Shown here: positions 29,050-38,265 of the stretch, piece by piece | How positions within the stretch are numbered: the stretch's first letter is position 1 | How the letters are laid out: every line of letters begins with the position of its first letter | Assembly: GCA_964419615.1 (NCBI GenBank) | Contig: CAYQPU010000002.1 | Coordinates: 16,096-80,095, forward strand | From: an uncultured Methanosarcinales archaeon | GTDB taxonomy: Archaea; Nanobdellota; Nanobdellia; Woesearchaeales; JAGVZT01 | Length of the DNA: 64,000 bases | Direction of reading: 5' to 3' | Notes under the pieces: model-generated | Database searches by the model: none | What the model saw: the letters and a program-made list of their open reading frames with translations, nothing else | What the model was told of the DNA's origin: nothing | Translations under genes and position numbers: made by a program

Positions 29050-29235
29050 CAGCTTTTGTAAACAAAACATTTAATAATGCACTCAGCTTACCTGTTCCTA
29101 TGAAGCACACAATTAACTTTAGATGTTGTTGTTAGAACTAGCTTCATTGATATTCTATTTTATTTTAAAAATAATAAATAATACTTTAATCACATACAGG
29201 AGGTAAACAAATGAAATATAAATTAACAACAAAGG

Positions 29236-29643
29236 GTGAGTATCCCTGCAGAAGCATACCAGCTTCTAAAAGTAAAAGAGCTCAAAGAGCATGAGCAAAT
29301 TAATAGAAAACACCATGTAAAAATCATTAAAGAGATACAGAAAAATAGATATGTCATACCAATTATTGTTGATTCAAAACATAAAATAATTCTTGATGGA
29401 CATCATAGATTTAATGCAATAAAAAGATTGGGCTACAAAGACATACCTGCTGTTATTGTTGATTATGAGAGTTCAGATGTGCAAGTTGCTTCTTGGAGAA
29501 ACAATATCATTGTAACAAAATCTGATGTAATTAGGAGAGGCTTGAATAAAGACTTGTATCCCCCAAAAACATCAAGACACACAATAAGGAATCTACCACA
29601 AATTAGGATACCATTAAAATTATTGGAGGTAACAAATGAATAA
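29236..29643 (+). CDS. ParB/Srx-fold protein resembling a compact free-serine kinase (SerK-like)
   Basis: HEQ, ILDGHHR and PPKTSRH motifs; overlaps the cysteine synthase start. Confidence 0.65.
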   Translation: MSIPAEAYQLLKVKELKEHEQINRKHHVKIIKEIQKNRYVIPIIVDSKHKIILDGHHRFNAIKRLGYKDIPAVIVDYESSDVQVASWRNNIIVTKSDVIRRGLNKDLYPPKTSRHTIRNLPQIRIPLKLLEVTNE

Positions 29644-30520
29644 TATAATTGAATTAATAGGAAACACACCTGTTGTAGAGATAAACAAGCTAAATCCAAA
29701 CAAAAAAGTTAGGGTATTTGCAAAACTAGAAGGATACAATCCTGGCGGATCAGTAAAAGACAGAATTGCTTTATCCATGATAGAAGCTGCAGAAAAAAGT
29801 GGAGAATTAACTTTAGATAAAGTGATACTTGAACCAACCTCAGGAAACACAGGTATTGGTTTAGCCATGGTTGCAGCTATAAAGGGATGCAAAACAGTTC
29901 TTGTGATGTCAAATGGAATGAGTGAAGAGCGAAAGCAAATGCTTTATGCATTTGGAGCAGAAATTGTGCAGACAGATCCTGAATTAGGAACAGATGGGGC
30001 AATAAAAAAAGCTCATGAGATGCTAACAGAAAATCCTGAAAAATATTGGATGCCAAATCAGTTTGATAACAAAGCAAATATACTTGCACATTATAACGGT
30101 ACAGCAGTTGAAATTATAGAAGGTGTACCTGAAATAACACATTTTGTTGCAGGAATGGGAACTTCAGGAACCCTAATGGGTACTGGTAAACGACTTAGAG
30201 AGTATAATCCAGAGGTTAAAATCATCGGAATAGAACCAGAACCTCTTCATGCTATTCAAGGGTTAAAGAACATGGGTGAAGCAATAGTTCCAGGTATCTA
30301 TGAAGAAAATAAACTAGATTGGAAGATTGAAGTAAGAACAGAAGATGCTTATGAAACAGCTAGACAATTAGCGTTGCAGGAAGGAATATTTGTTGGAATG
30401 AGTTCAGGTGCAGCAATGTATGGGGCAATGAATGTGGCAAATTCATTAAACAAAGGCACAATTGTGGTAATATTTCCAGATGGTGGAGAAAAATATTTAA
30501 GCACTCCCTTATTCAGGTGA
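29636..30520 (+). CDS. cysM: Cysteine synthase (PLP, CysM/CysK family)
   Basis: NPGGSVKDR, EPTSGNTG, NQFDN, GMGTSGT, GMSSGA; HAIQGLKNM looks more like CysM than CysK. Confidence 0.88.
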   Translation: MNNIIELIGNTPVVEINKLNPNKKVRVFAKLEGYNPGGSVKDRIALSMIEAAEKSGELTLDKVILEPTSGNTGIGLAMVAAIKGCKTVLVMSNGMSEERKQMLYAFGAEIVQTDPELGTDGAIKKAHEMLTENPEKYWMPNQFDNKANILAHYNGTAVEIIEGVPEITHFVAGMGTSGTLMGTGKRLREYNPEVKIIGIEPEPLHAIQGLKNMGEAIVPGIYEENKLDWKIEVRTEDAYETARQLALQEGIFVGMSSGAAMYGAMNVANSLNKGTIVVIFPDGGEKYLSTPLFR

Positions 30521-30526
30521 TATAAA

Positions 30527-31918
30527 ATGACACTAAGGATATTCAACACTCTAACAAGGAAAAAAGAAGAGTTTAAGCCAATTGAAGATGGAAAAATAAG
30601 AATGTACATATGTGGACCAACTGTTCAAGGTCCAGCACATATTGGGCACGCTAGAACATACATTGCATTTGATGTTATAAGACGATATTTGATTTATAGA
30701 GGCTTTCAAGTTAAATATGTGATGAATATAACTGATGTGCATGATGATATCATCAAGGTAGCTAATGCTGAGAATAAAACAATGCAGGAAATATCAGAAA
30801 AATTTACAAATATCTTTTTTAGGGATCTAAAGGCACTTAAAATCATGGATGCTGACCTGTACCCAAAAGTCACAGAAACCATCCCTGAAATAATAGAAAT
30901 GGTAAAAAAGCTTGAAGAGAGTGGAAATGCATATGAACGTGACGGATCAGTTTACTTTGAAATATCTTCATTTGAAGATTACGGAAAGTTTGCTAGAATC
31001 AAATTAGATGAAACTAAAACTGGTACAAGAGTTGATACAGATAAATATGACAAGGATAACCCAATGGACTTTGCATTATGGAAAGCAATGAAACCAAATG
31101 AACCTTTTTGGGAAAGTCCTTGGGGGAAAGGAAGACCAGGATGGCACATAGAATGTTCCGCAATGTCCTGCAAGCACCTGGGTGAGCAAATTGATATTCA
31201 TGGGGGTGCCAGAGACTTAATATTCCCGCATCATCAAAATGAAATTGCGCAATCAGAAGCAAGTACTGGTAAAAAGCCTTTTGTTAAGTATTGGGTCCAC
31301 ACTGGTTTTCTAAATGTGAATGGAGAGAAGATGTCAAAAAGTCTTGGTAACTACATTGAAGTTCCTGATTTGGTTAAAGACTATGATATAAATTCAATTA
31401 GATACTTCATGGTAAGTACTCAATACTCGGGTCCAATTGATTTTTCAGATAAAAGCATTGCTTTTGCAAAGAACAGTTTGGAAAGAATCCAAAATTTAGT
31501 TTTTGCACTACAAGATGTTAAAGATGGTGAAAATGAAAAAGCAATTGAAGAGATAACAAAGAAATGCAAATCGGAATTTATTGAATCTATGGATGATAAT
31601 TTCAACACACCAAGAGCATTTGCAGCCATATTTGAACTAGTAAAAGAGATAAATCCTTTAATCAAAGAAAAGCAACTCAGCAAAAATAATGCTGAACATG
31701 TACTTAGTTTTTTCCAAGAAGTAAATTCTATATTTGATTTCCTTGAATTTGAAAAAGGTGAGATTGGTTCAGATATTGAAGCACTTGTCCAGCAAAGAGA
31801 ACAAGCAAGAAAGGACAAAAACTATGCGAAAGCAGATAAAATAAGAAATCAATTAAATGGAATGGGGATTATCCTTGAAGATTCAACAGACGGAGTTAAG
31901 TGGAAAAAGAAAACATAG
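30527..31918 (+). CDS. cysS: Cysteinyl-tRNA synthetase
   Basis: CGPTV, HIGH, PGWHIEC, DIHGG, FPHHQNE, KMSKS. Confidence 0.97.
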   Translation: MTLRIFNTLTRKKEEFKPIEDGKIRMYICGPTVQGPAHIGHARTYIAFDVIRRYLIYRGFQVKYVMNITDVHDDIIKVANAENKTMQEISEKFTNIFFRDLKALKIMDADLYPKVTETIPEIIEMVKKLEESGNAYERDGSVYFEISSFEDYGKFARIKLDETKTGTRVDTDKYDKDNPMDFALWKAMKPNEPFWESPWGKGRPGWHIECSAMSCKHLGEQIDIHGGARDLIFPHHQNEIAQSEASTGKKPFVKYWVHTGFLNVNGEKMSKSLGNYIEVPDLVKDYDINSIRYFMVSTQYSGPIDFSDKSIAFAKNSLERIQNLVFALQDVKDGENEKAIEEITKKCKSEFIESMDDNFNTPRAFAAIFELVKEINPLIKEKQLSKNNAEHVLSFFQEVNSIFDFLEFEKGEIGSDIEALVQQREQARKDKNYAKADKIRNQLNGMGIILEDSTDGVKWKKKT

Positions 31919-31921
31919 TTA

Positions 31922-32473
31922 TTAAAGAAAATACAAAAAGTACCCCTCAGGTTTAACTAATTTTTTTAATTGATTAGTTATTCTTCTCTTAAAAAACAAA
32001 GAACCCCATCTATATTGAGAAGTGGGTGACGTAAACAAACCAAAAGCATTTGCAATATCAATTTCACCTGCATAGTTTTTCATTAAAAATTCAAGACTTT
32101 TTCTTGGTAGTAAATCAACCTCATAGTGCTCAAACAATTCAGTCTCTAAATCAGCAATATCAATTCCAATAACATGAACTCCTAATTTTTCTAAAGCTCT
32201 TGGACCTAATGGCAAAAACTCATATTTGTCTGGATCACTATCCTTACTTTGTTTTGAACCACATCCAAGATCAAGAATAATCTTGTCCTCCAATTCACCA
32301 TCAGTAAAATGAAGATAGTAACTTAGTTGCTTTCTAATGCTTTTAAACATGGTACCTGTAATTGAAACATCATATTCTTCTTCAAGCAAAGGAACAACTT
32401 GTTTTGTAAGAACTTCGGCTTGATCTTTGTACTGAGTAAGAACATATACCTTTCTGTAATTGTAAATTCTCAT
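31922..32473 (-). CDS. Class I SAM-methyltransferase-like hypothetical protein
   Basis: IILDLGCG, VIGIDI. Confidence 0.5.
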   Translation of the reverse strand: MRIYNYRKVYVLTQYKDQAEVLTKQVVPLLEEEYDVSITGTMFKSIRKQLSYYLHFTDGELEDKIILDLGCGSKQSKDSDPDKYEFLPLGPRALEKLGVHVIGIDIADLETELFEHYEVDLLPRKSLEFLMKNYAGEIDIANAFGLFTSPTSQYRWGSLFFKRRITNQLKKLVKPEGYFLYFL

Positions 32474-32474
32474 T

Positions 32475-33110
32475 CTAACCTACAAATTCTAAAAGCTTTT
32501 CCAATGACTTAATTGTCAAAGAAGCTTGAATACCTGGAAAACTATATTCCTCTCTATCCACTAAGATGTCATAAACATTTGCAGCTTTGCCAGCTTGTAT
32601 GTCTTGTACTGTATTCCCTACAAAAAAAGCCTTATCTGCGGATTCACCTAGCATTTCCAAGCACGCATTAATTCCTTGAGGATCTGGCTTAGGTTTAATT
32701 CCATAGGCTGAGTTTGCATTAACTATAGCATCAAACTCTAAATTAAGCAAAGCCATTTCTGGATCAGATATGCGTTTTGGAGCCATGGTTACAATACCAA
32801 GTTTTAGACCTTTACTTTTCAGCTCATTTAGCACCCAAACATCTTCATAAGCACTTGAATATTTTTCTCTTAATTCAACAGTATTAAGAATTTCAAACAG
32901 CGGCCAAAACTCAGAAGGTTTCAACCCGAAATCATTTGTTATAATTTCATTTCTATTCCGCTCAAACCAAAATTTGTCTATCAGTTCATCACTAGTAGTT
33001 TTACCATAAATATCCAGGACTTGGCCCACAATAATTTGCCTATGCTCTGCATCAGTATAAATCAGTGTCCCATCCAGATCAAATAAAGCAGTAGTATACT
33101 TCATGAACAA
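32475..33110 (-). CDS. HAD-superfamily hydrolase
   Basis: LFDLDGTL, KPKPDP, FVGNTVQD. Confidence 0.85.
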   Translation of the reverse strand: MFMKYTTALFDLDGTLIYTDAEHRQIIVGQVLDIYGKTTSDELIDKFWFERNRNEIITNDFGLKPSEFWPLFEILNTVELREKYSSAYEDVWVLNELKSKGLKLGIVTMAPKRISDPEMALLNLEFDAIVNANSAYGIKPKPDPQGINACLEMLGESADKAFFVGNTVQDIQAGKAANVYDILVDREEYSFPGIQASLTIKSLEKLLEFVG

Positions 33111-33302
33111 TGGGAATCCTCATATATTTAAAATATTAATGATGTAGATTCAGTTTTGAATAATTCCTCATTAAATTTAACATTATTCCAAAAATTTGTA
33201 TTTTCTTTCTTTTTATTTCTTAATTTAAGTAAAAAATCTTCACACATTATTAATAAAATCTTGGTTTCCCATTATTGATATAGCAATCATAACAACATAA
33301 AG

Positions 33303-33779
33303 GTGAAACAAATGATAACAGAACCATTAAGATTTACACAAGAACAAAAAGAGGTTATCAAACAAACTTACGAAGCATTGGAAAAAAAGCTATTGGCATA
33401 TGATGGGAGCCTTGAAATTGAAATAAGCATAACACCCCATGGTAATTTAGATAATTATTATTTTAAAGTCATAGCACACAACATGGCAGACTATTTAGGA
33501 ATGAATGGTCCAGTCGATGGTCAACAAGATAAAACACAATTTGTACATATTGGAATCTTTCCCCCCTCTGAATCAAGTTATTATGTGACTTTTAGGTTTG
33601 ATTTTGGCTCCACTGAAATGAGAACTGAATTTGCAGATATAATAACAGAAAGCGGAGTAGTTAAGGTTAGTGACAAGGGTCCTGTTTTGTACAGCACAAC
33701 CTCAGAAGATTTAACTGATATTGATTTTGAAAAACCAATAATGCTTTACTATAAACTGGCTGAAAATTATCCTGGTTAA
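33303..33779 (+). CDS. Hypothetical protein
   Basis: 158-aa ORF; no motif recognised. Confidence 0.55.
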   Translation: MKQMITEPLRFTQEQKEVIKQTYEALEKKLLAYDGSLEIEISITPHGNLDNYYFKVIAHNMADYLGMNGPVDGQQDKTQFVHIGIFPPSESSYYVTFRFDFGSTEMRTEFADIITESGVVKVSDKGPVLYSTTSEDLTDIDFEKPIMLYYKLAENYPG

Positions 33780-33792
33780 ATGGAGGAACAAT

Positions 33793-34326
33793 ATGACAAA
33801 ACTACCAACACAAGAGGAAATCAATGCCTGGTTAGACACAAAAGAAGGAAAACATGTACTTCACACAATGCATGCAATAGATGCTGCAAGACATGGAATG
33901 TGGTTTGATTTAAACGATTTATTCTTTGACAATAAAATGGCTGAAATGTCAGGTGATGAACAATATCAATATCTAAAAGAACTAATGCCTATTGAAAGCA
34001 TTTATTGGGCAGCATACTTACCAGTTCAAGATTGTCTAGTGTTAGGTGATGAAGATAACTTTTTTGAACATCATGATGATTCTCTCGCAGAAAGACTAGT
34101 AAAATTCGGTGCTGTTCAAATTGACAAAAAATTCATTCAAGGTACAGTAGCAATAGTTAAAAGCAACGAATGGAAAATCTTTGACACAACAATACCTAGT
34201 GAGTATCAAACTGTACAAACATGTGTGACTGGATTACAAAAGGAAGGCCATGTTTTGTTAGAAAGAACAGTCGATGAAGATTCCAAACCTTATTATGAAA
34301 TTCATATGCCAAAATCGAAGTATTAA
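33793..34326 (+). CDS. Hypothetical protein
   Basis: 177-aa ORF with GGAGG SD. Confidence 0.6.
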   Translation: MTKLPTQEEINAWLDTKEGKHVLHTMHAIDAARHGMWFDLNDLFFDNKMAEMSGDEQYQYLKELMPIESIYWAAYLPVQDCLVLGDEDNFFEHHDDSLAERLVKFGAVQIDKKFIQGTVAIVKSNEWKIFDTTIPSEYQTVQTCVTGLQKEGHVLLERTVDEDSKPYYEIHMPKSKY

Positions 34327-34529
34327 GATTTCTGCTTTTGAATAATAAAAAAAGGAAAGACCTACATCTTTCCAATTTTAAACATTTTTGTACCACACTC
34401 AGAACATACTCCCTTAACAGCGTCCCTACCATTGTCCATAATATGTGGTTTAGCGTCTTTCATTTCTCTTTTCTCTTTACACTTCATGCAATATCCTTGT
34501 ACCATTCTTTTTCCTCCTTATCAAAATAA

Positions 34530-34691
34530 TAGCCCCAGGCAGACTTTCAAAATCCTTCTTCCAAAGCGGATTCGACAAAGTCGAAGACGCCATTTTTGGT
34601 CGAACTTTTCAGCGAAGCGGAAAAAGGTCGTTTTCGAACTGCCGCCAATCGGCCCAGAACCGAGTATCCTTGACCACTAGACCATGGGGCT
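34530..34691 (-). tRNA. tRNA-Gln(CTG) with an intron at 59/60
   Basis: Acceptor stem AGCCCCA/TGGGGCT; D arm GTCT/GGAT; anticodon CTG (34655-34657); T stem GGCAG/CTGCC. Exons 34691-34633 (59 nt) and 34543-34530 (14 nt) give 73 nt. Confidence 0.9.
34544..34632 (-). other. 89-nt tRNA intron in the T-loop with relaxed bulge-helix-bulge junctions
   Basis: Central helix TTCG/TGAA, bulges AA|A and AG|T; splicing restores TTCGAAT. Confidence 0.8.
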
Positions 34692-34716
34692 ATATATCAA
34701 GCAAAATATTACATCA

Positions 34717-34724
34717 TTTAAAAA
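34717..34724 (-). promoter_or_regulatory. TATA box of tRNA-Gln
   Basis: TTTTTAAA on the minus strand, 26-33 nt upstream of the tRNA 5' end. Confidence 0.5.
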
Positions 34725-34760
34725 GATTTTTATATTCTAATCTCTAAGGTTCAAATTACC

Positions 34761-35423
34761 ATGACAAAAACAAACATATTCTCAATATTATCATTAGTAT
34801 TTGCATTTTTGTTTTTTCCTTTAGGATTGATATTTGGAATAATTGCGTTAATTCAAATAAAAAAGACAGGTGAACAAGGAAAAGGGTCTGATGCCACAGG
34901 TATTGACAGTTGGCAGAGGAGCAGGCATTATGAGATGAGGATAGGAGAATCAAATATGCCTTACGCCAAAGCAGACATTATAGTTGATACAGATAACAAA
35001 ATGGTATATGGTCATGTCTTGAGAATAAAACCAAGACATGATGTGATTGGTGCAGAGAGTATTTTCAAACGTATGAAGTACAAGCACATACTTGTGCTTG
35101 GAGATAAAGGATATGACAGCGAACCTTTACATAGAGTAGCAGAGCAGGAAGGATTCCTGCTCTATGCTCCTCCTAGAGATAGCTCAAGGAAGTCTCCAAG
35201 AGGCAAGCACAGAAAACGTTGTGCAAGGTATCCTCCTGACGGGAAAGGGATGCGCAGCATTGTTGAATCTGTGATAAGAAGCTTAAAATCAAGATCTGTC
35301 TCTCTGAAATCACGACTGCATTACATGAAAAAAAGAGAATTTGCTTGGAAAATACTCTCATATAACATTGAACTTTTTGCGCAACTGATTAATCAGTTGC
35401 ACTGGCTGATAAATTCAGCTTAA
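34761..35423 (+). pseudogene. Chimeric ORF: DUF4190-like membrane N-terminus fused in frame to a 5'-truncated IS5-family DDE transposase
   Basis: FSILSLVFAFLFFPLGLIFGIIALIQIKKTGEQGKG, then DATG, GDKGYD, RSIVESV. Confidence 0.75.
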
Positions 35424-35444
35424 TAAATCTATTCTGGACAGAGC
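34887..35444 (+). mobile_element. IS5-family remnant (left end missing)
   Basis: DDE motifs; IR-like TTCTGGACAGAGC ending at 35444; no matching left IR seen. Confidence 0.65.
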
Positions 35445-35489
35445 AAATTTTTCTTAACTTTTATATACTCAAACAAATTAATCAACACT

Positions 35490-36092
35490 ATGAAACGAAT
35501 AGGAGACGGAGCAGAAGCCATAATCTATCAAAATAAAAACATAGTTCTAAAAGACAGAATAAAAAAGTCATACAGATTAGAACAAATAGATAATAAGCTA
35601 AGAAAATTCAGAACAAGAAGAGAAGCAAAATTATTAGGAAAACTATCTAAATTAGGCTTCACACCTAAATTAGTTGATTCTGACGACAAAAACATGCAAA
35701 TAAAAATGGAGTTTATTGATGGGCCCAGATTAAGAGATGTATTAAATGCAAATAACTTTCGAAAATACTGCCCTGAAATAGGGAAAAAAATAGCAATTCT
35801 TCACAACAACAACATAATCCATTCAGACCTTACAACCTCAAACATGGTTGTCAAAGACAAAATTTATTTTATTGACTTTGGACTTAGCTATGAATCACAA
35901 AAAATAGAAGACAAAGCAGTTGACCTGCATCTATTAAAACAAGCTCTAGAATCAAAACACCATAAGATATTCAAAAAAGCATTCCAAGAAGTATTAAACT
36001 CGTATCAAAAAGAAATCAAGCAAAGTTCCGAAATCCTAAAGAGATTCAAAAAAGTAGAAGCTAGAGGAAGATACAAAAAAAAAGGATCATAA
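35490..36092 (+). CDS. bud32: KEOPS complex kinase Bud32
   Basis: GAEA, KDRIKKSYR, HSDLTTSN, IDFGL, EDKAVDL, RGRY. Confidence 0.93.
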   Translation: MKRIGDGAEAIIYQNKNIVLKDRIKKSYRLEQIDNKLRKFRTRREAKLLGKLSKLGFTPKLVDSDDKNMQIKMEFIDGPRLRDVLNANNFRKYCPEIGKKIAILHNNNIIHSDLTTSNMVVKDKIYFIDFGLSYESQKIEDKAVDLHLLKQALESKHHKIFKKAFQEVLNSYQKEIKQSSEILKRFKKVEARGRYKKKGS

Positions 36093-36785
36093 ACTATTTA
36101 ATATTTCCAAGTAATCAACACCATAACCTTTTTTTGTAAAAAAATCACAAATAACCTTTAGATCACGTTTTAAGTACTTCTTTGCATTCAAATCCTTCAA
36201 AGGAGTTGTTGAAGACATATCAATAAGCACTGCCTTCTCATCATTATTCAGAATATTAAATTGAGAGAGATCTCCATGCACATAACCATACTTATACAAT
36301 TTTTTAACATTACCAATAATATCATCAAAGAATTCATCTGGTTTTTTAGGGAAAACATCTTTTAATTTTGGAGCTGGGCTTTCCTTTCCAACCATCTCCA
36401 TAATCAGAACATTATTTTTTACAACAAAAGGCGTTGGAGCATTAACACCTGCTTCACGTGCATTTAAAAGGTTCCGATATTCTCGCTGAGCCCAGGCAAA
36501 AACAACCTTTCTTCTCTGCTTTTTGATTTCAGCAAATCTTGGGTCAAACCTAATATAATTATACATCTGGTTAAAATCACAAGTCTGAAGCCGGTAAATC
36601 TTTAAAACAACATCTCCATAATCTCCCTGACCCCAGAAAACATTTGATTCCTTGCCAATACTTATTGGGACAAGGCTTTCCTCTTCAAAATATCTCTTAA
36701 CACTTAACTCAAAAAGAGTCCTCAAAGTAAACTGATCAAAAACATTCTTGTAGACCTTGAATTTTTCAGGTATTGTTTTACCCAT
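36087..36785 (-). CDS. rio1: RIO1 family serine kinase
   Basis: ISIGKESNVF, KIYR, WAQREYRNL, VHGDLSQFNIL, IDMS. Confidence 0.92.
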   Translation of the reverse strand: MGKTIPEKFKVYKNVFDQFTLRTLFELSVKRYFEEESLVPISIGKESNVFWGQGDYGDVVLKIYRLQTCDFNQMYNYIRFDPRFAEIKKQRRKVVFAWAQREYRNLLNAREAGVNAPTPFVVKNNVLIMEMVGKESPAPKLKDVFPKKPDEFFDDIIGNVKKLYKYGYVHGDLSQFNILNNDEKAVLIDMSSTTPLKDLNAKKYLKRDLKVICDFFTKKGYGVDYLEILNSL

Positions 36786-36894
36786 AACAATAACTTAGCA
36801 GTTTAAGGTTTAAAAACCTTTTCAAAAGAGATTCACTGCAGAATTAAGTCATATGTTAGAAAGGAATATAAATAAAGCTTTAAACTGACAACCT

Positions 36895-37797
36895 ATGTTA
36901 GCAGATTCGCCTGAAGAAATCCGACAAAATATCTTGAAGGCTTATTCAAGAGTAAAAGATAGAAAAGTCTCAGATTATCTAAAAACAGAAATAATATATG
37001 TTCTCTCTGGATCAAAGCCAAACATTACTTTTGAAAACCCTAATGAAATGGAAAGCTTTGAAATTGTAAAAATATGTAGAAAACTTGGTTTGATTTGTTT
37101 GAAAATTAGATCATTCAATATAATAAAATATGTGGTTGGTACAAGTCAAGAAGATGTTGATAGAATTATTGAACTTAATAACACAATATTCTCACCCAAT
37201 ATACAGGATCGAACAATAGAAAGTACGATTGAATATGGGTTATTGATGGGCTACCCCAAGTGTTGTTGTAAGACAATCAGATCGACAATCAGATCGGTTT
37301 CCAAAGGACATTATAATGCAGTTGGTCAATATTTCAAATTAAACAGCCCCTGGCCGTATTGCATGAATTGTTGCATCCCATTAATATACCACCTTCCCTG
37401 CTCACCTAAATGTCAGCAAACTCAAAAAATTGGAAAAGATTTCCTGAATACGCGACAAATGGTGTTTAATATGTTCTCTAAAGCAAACCAAGAAAGACTA
37501 AAAAATAAATTCAGATGCAAAACACTCCATTTTGATCAAAATCAATACATTCTGTTCAAACTAAAAAAGGAGGATAAAACTGAAATAAGGGAAATACTCA
37601 AAAAGAGAAACAACCCTACTTTTGAAAATACTCTTGTTGGCTACCCAACTCAAAAGCAATCAGAATTCATAAACCTAATTGAAGTAAATGATAAAGTTGA
37701 AGTGGAAGGAGACAAAATTACTCTAAGCAAACCAGACAGAACAATTACCCATAAAAAGATAGACCCCTCAGTTGGAGTACTATTTGAGTTTGTATAA
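36895..37797 (+). CDS. Conserved hypothetical protein with GYPKCC and HLPCSPKC motifs (DUF483-like)
   Basis: Motifs shared with 12493-13455. Confidence 0.6.
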   Translation: MLADSPEEIRQNILKAYSRVKDRKVSDYLKTEIIYVLSGSKPNITFENPNEMESFEIVKICRKLGLICLKIRSFNIIKYVVGTSQEDVDRIIELNNTIFSPNIQDRTIESTIEYGLLMGYPKCCCKTIRSTIRSVSKGHYNAVGQYFKLNSPWPYCMNCCIPLIYHLPCSPKCQQTQKIGKDFLNTRQMVFNMFSKANQERLKNKFRCKTLHFDQNQYILFKLKKEDKTEIREILKKRNNPTFENTLVGYPTQKQSEFINLIEVNDKVEVEGDKITLSKPDRTITHKKIDPSVGVLFEFV

Positions 37798-38265
37798 CTG
37801 GTAGATCCAGTCTTTATCACAGTTAATCTTTTTTTCAACCTTAAACAACTCTTTAATTATTGAATCAATCAGATCAAATTTACTAGACCTTTTAAGAATA
37901 CTAATCACAACTTTATCTTTGGCAACTCTATTTATCTCCTTTAAACCCTTTTCAATATCATCAAAATTTTGTACAGCAGTAAGACTAATCACATAATCAA
38001 AATAATTATCCTTAAATGGCAAATTTTCAGCTCTACCTTGCATAAAAAAACCATGCTTTGCCTTTTTTAGCAACTCCAAGCTGGGATCTACTCCAACAAC
38101 CTGACAATTAAGCAAATGCAAATAATGACCCGTTCCACAACCAACATCCAGCAGTAATTGATTTTCCTTTGGATTTATTATCTTTGCAATAATCTTTGCT
38201 TTCTCTAACTGCTCTTCCCCATAAAGTTCATTATAGCCTTCAGAAATCTCATCATAATAACTCAT
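37780..38265 (-). CDS. Class I SAM-dependent methyltransferase (type 11-like)
   Basis: LLDVGCGTG, GVDPS, AENLPFKDNYFD. Confidence 0.85.
   Translation of the reverse strand: MSYYDEISEGYNELYGEEQLEKAKIIAKIINPKENQLLLDVGCGTGHYLHLLNCQVVGVDPSLELLKKAKHGFFMQGRAENLPFKDNYFDYVISLTAVQNFDDIEKGLKEINRVAKDKVVISILKRSSKFDLIDSIIKELFKVEKKINCDKDWIYQLYKLK

Noticed and set aside
31922-34530. tRNA-integrated prophage or integrative element
   Set aside because: Unknown genes lie 3' of tRNA-Gln, but I found no integrase and no direct repeat of the tRNA 3' end.
34196-34953. Short ORFs 34196-34432, 34338-34529, 34432-34680 and 34756-34953
   Set aside because: They overlap the tRNA-Gln gene, its flanks or real genes on the opposite strand, and have no recognisable motifs.
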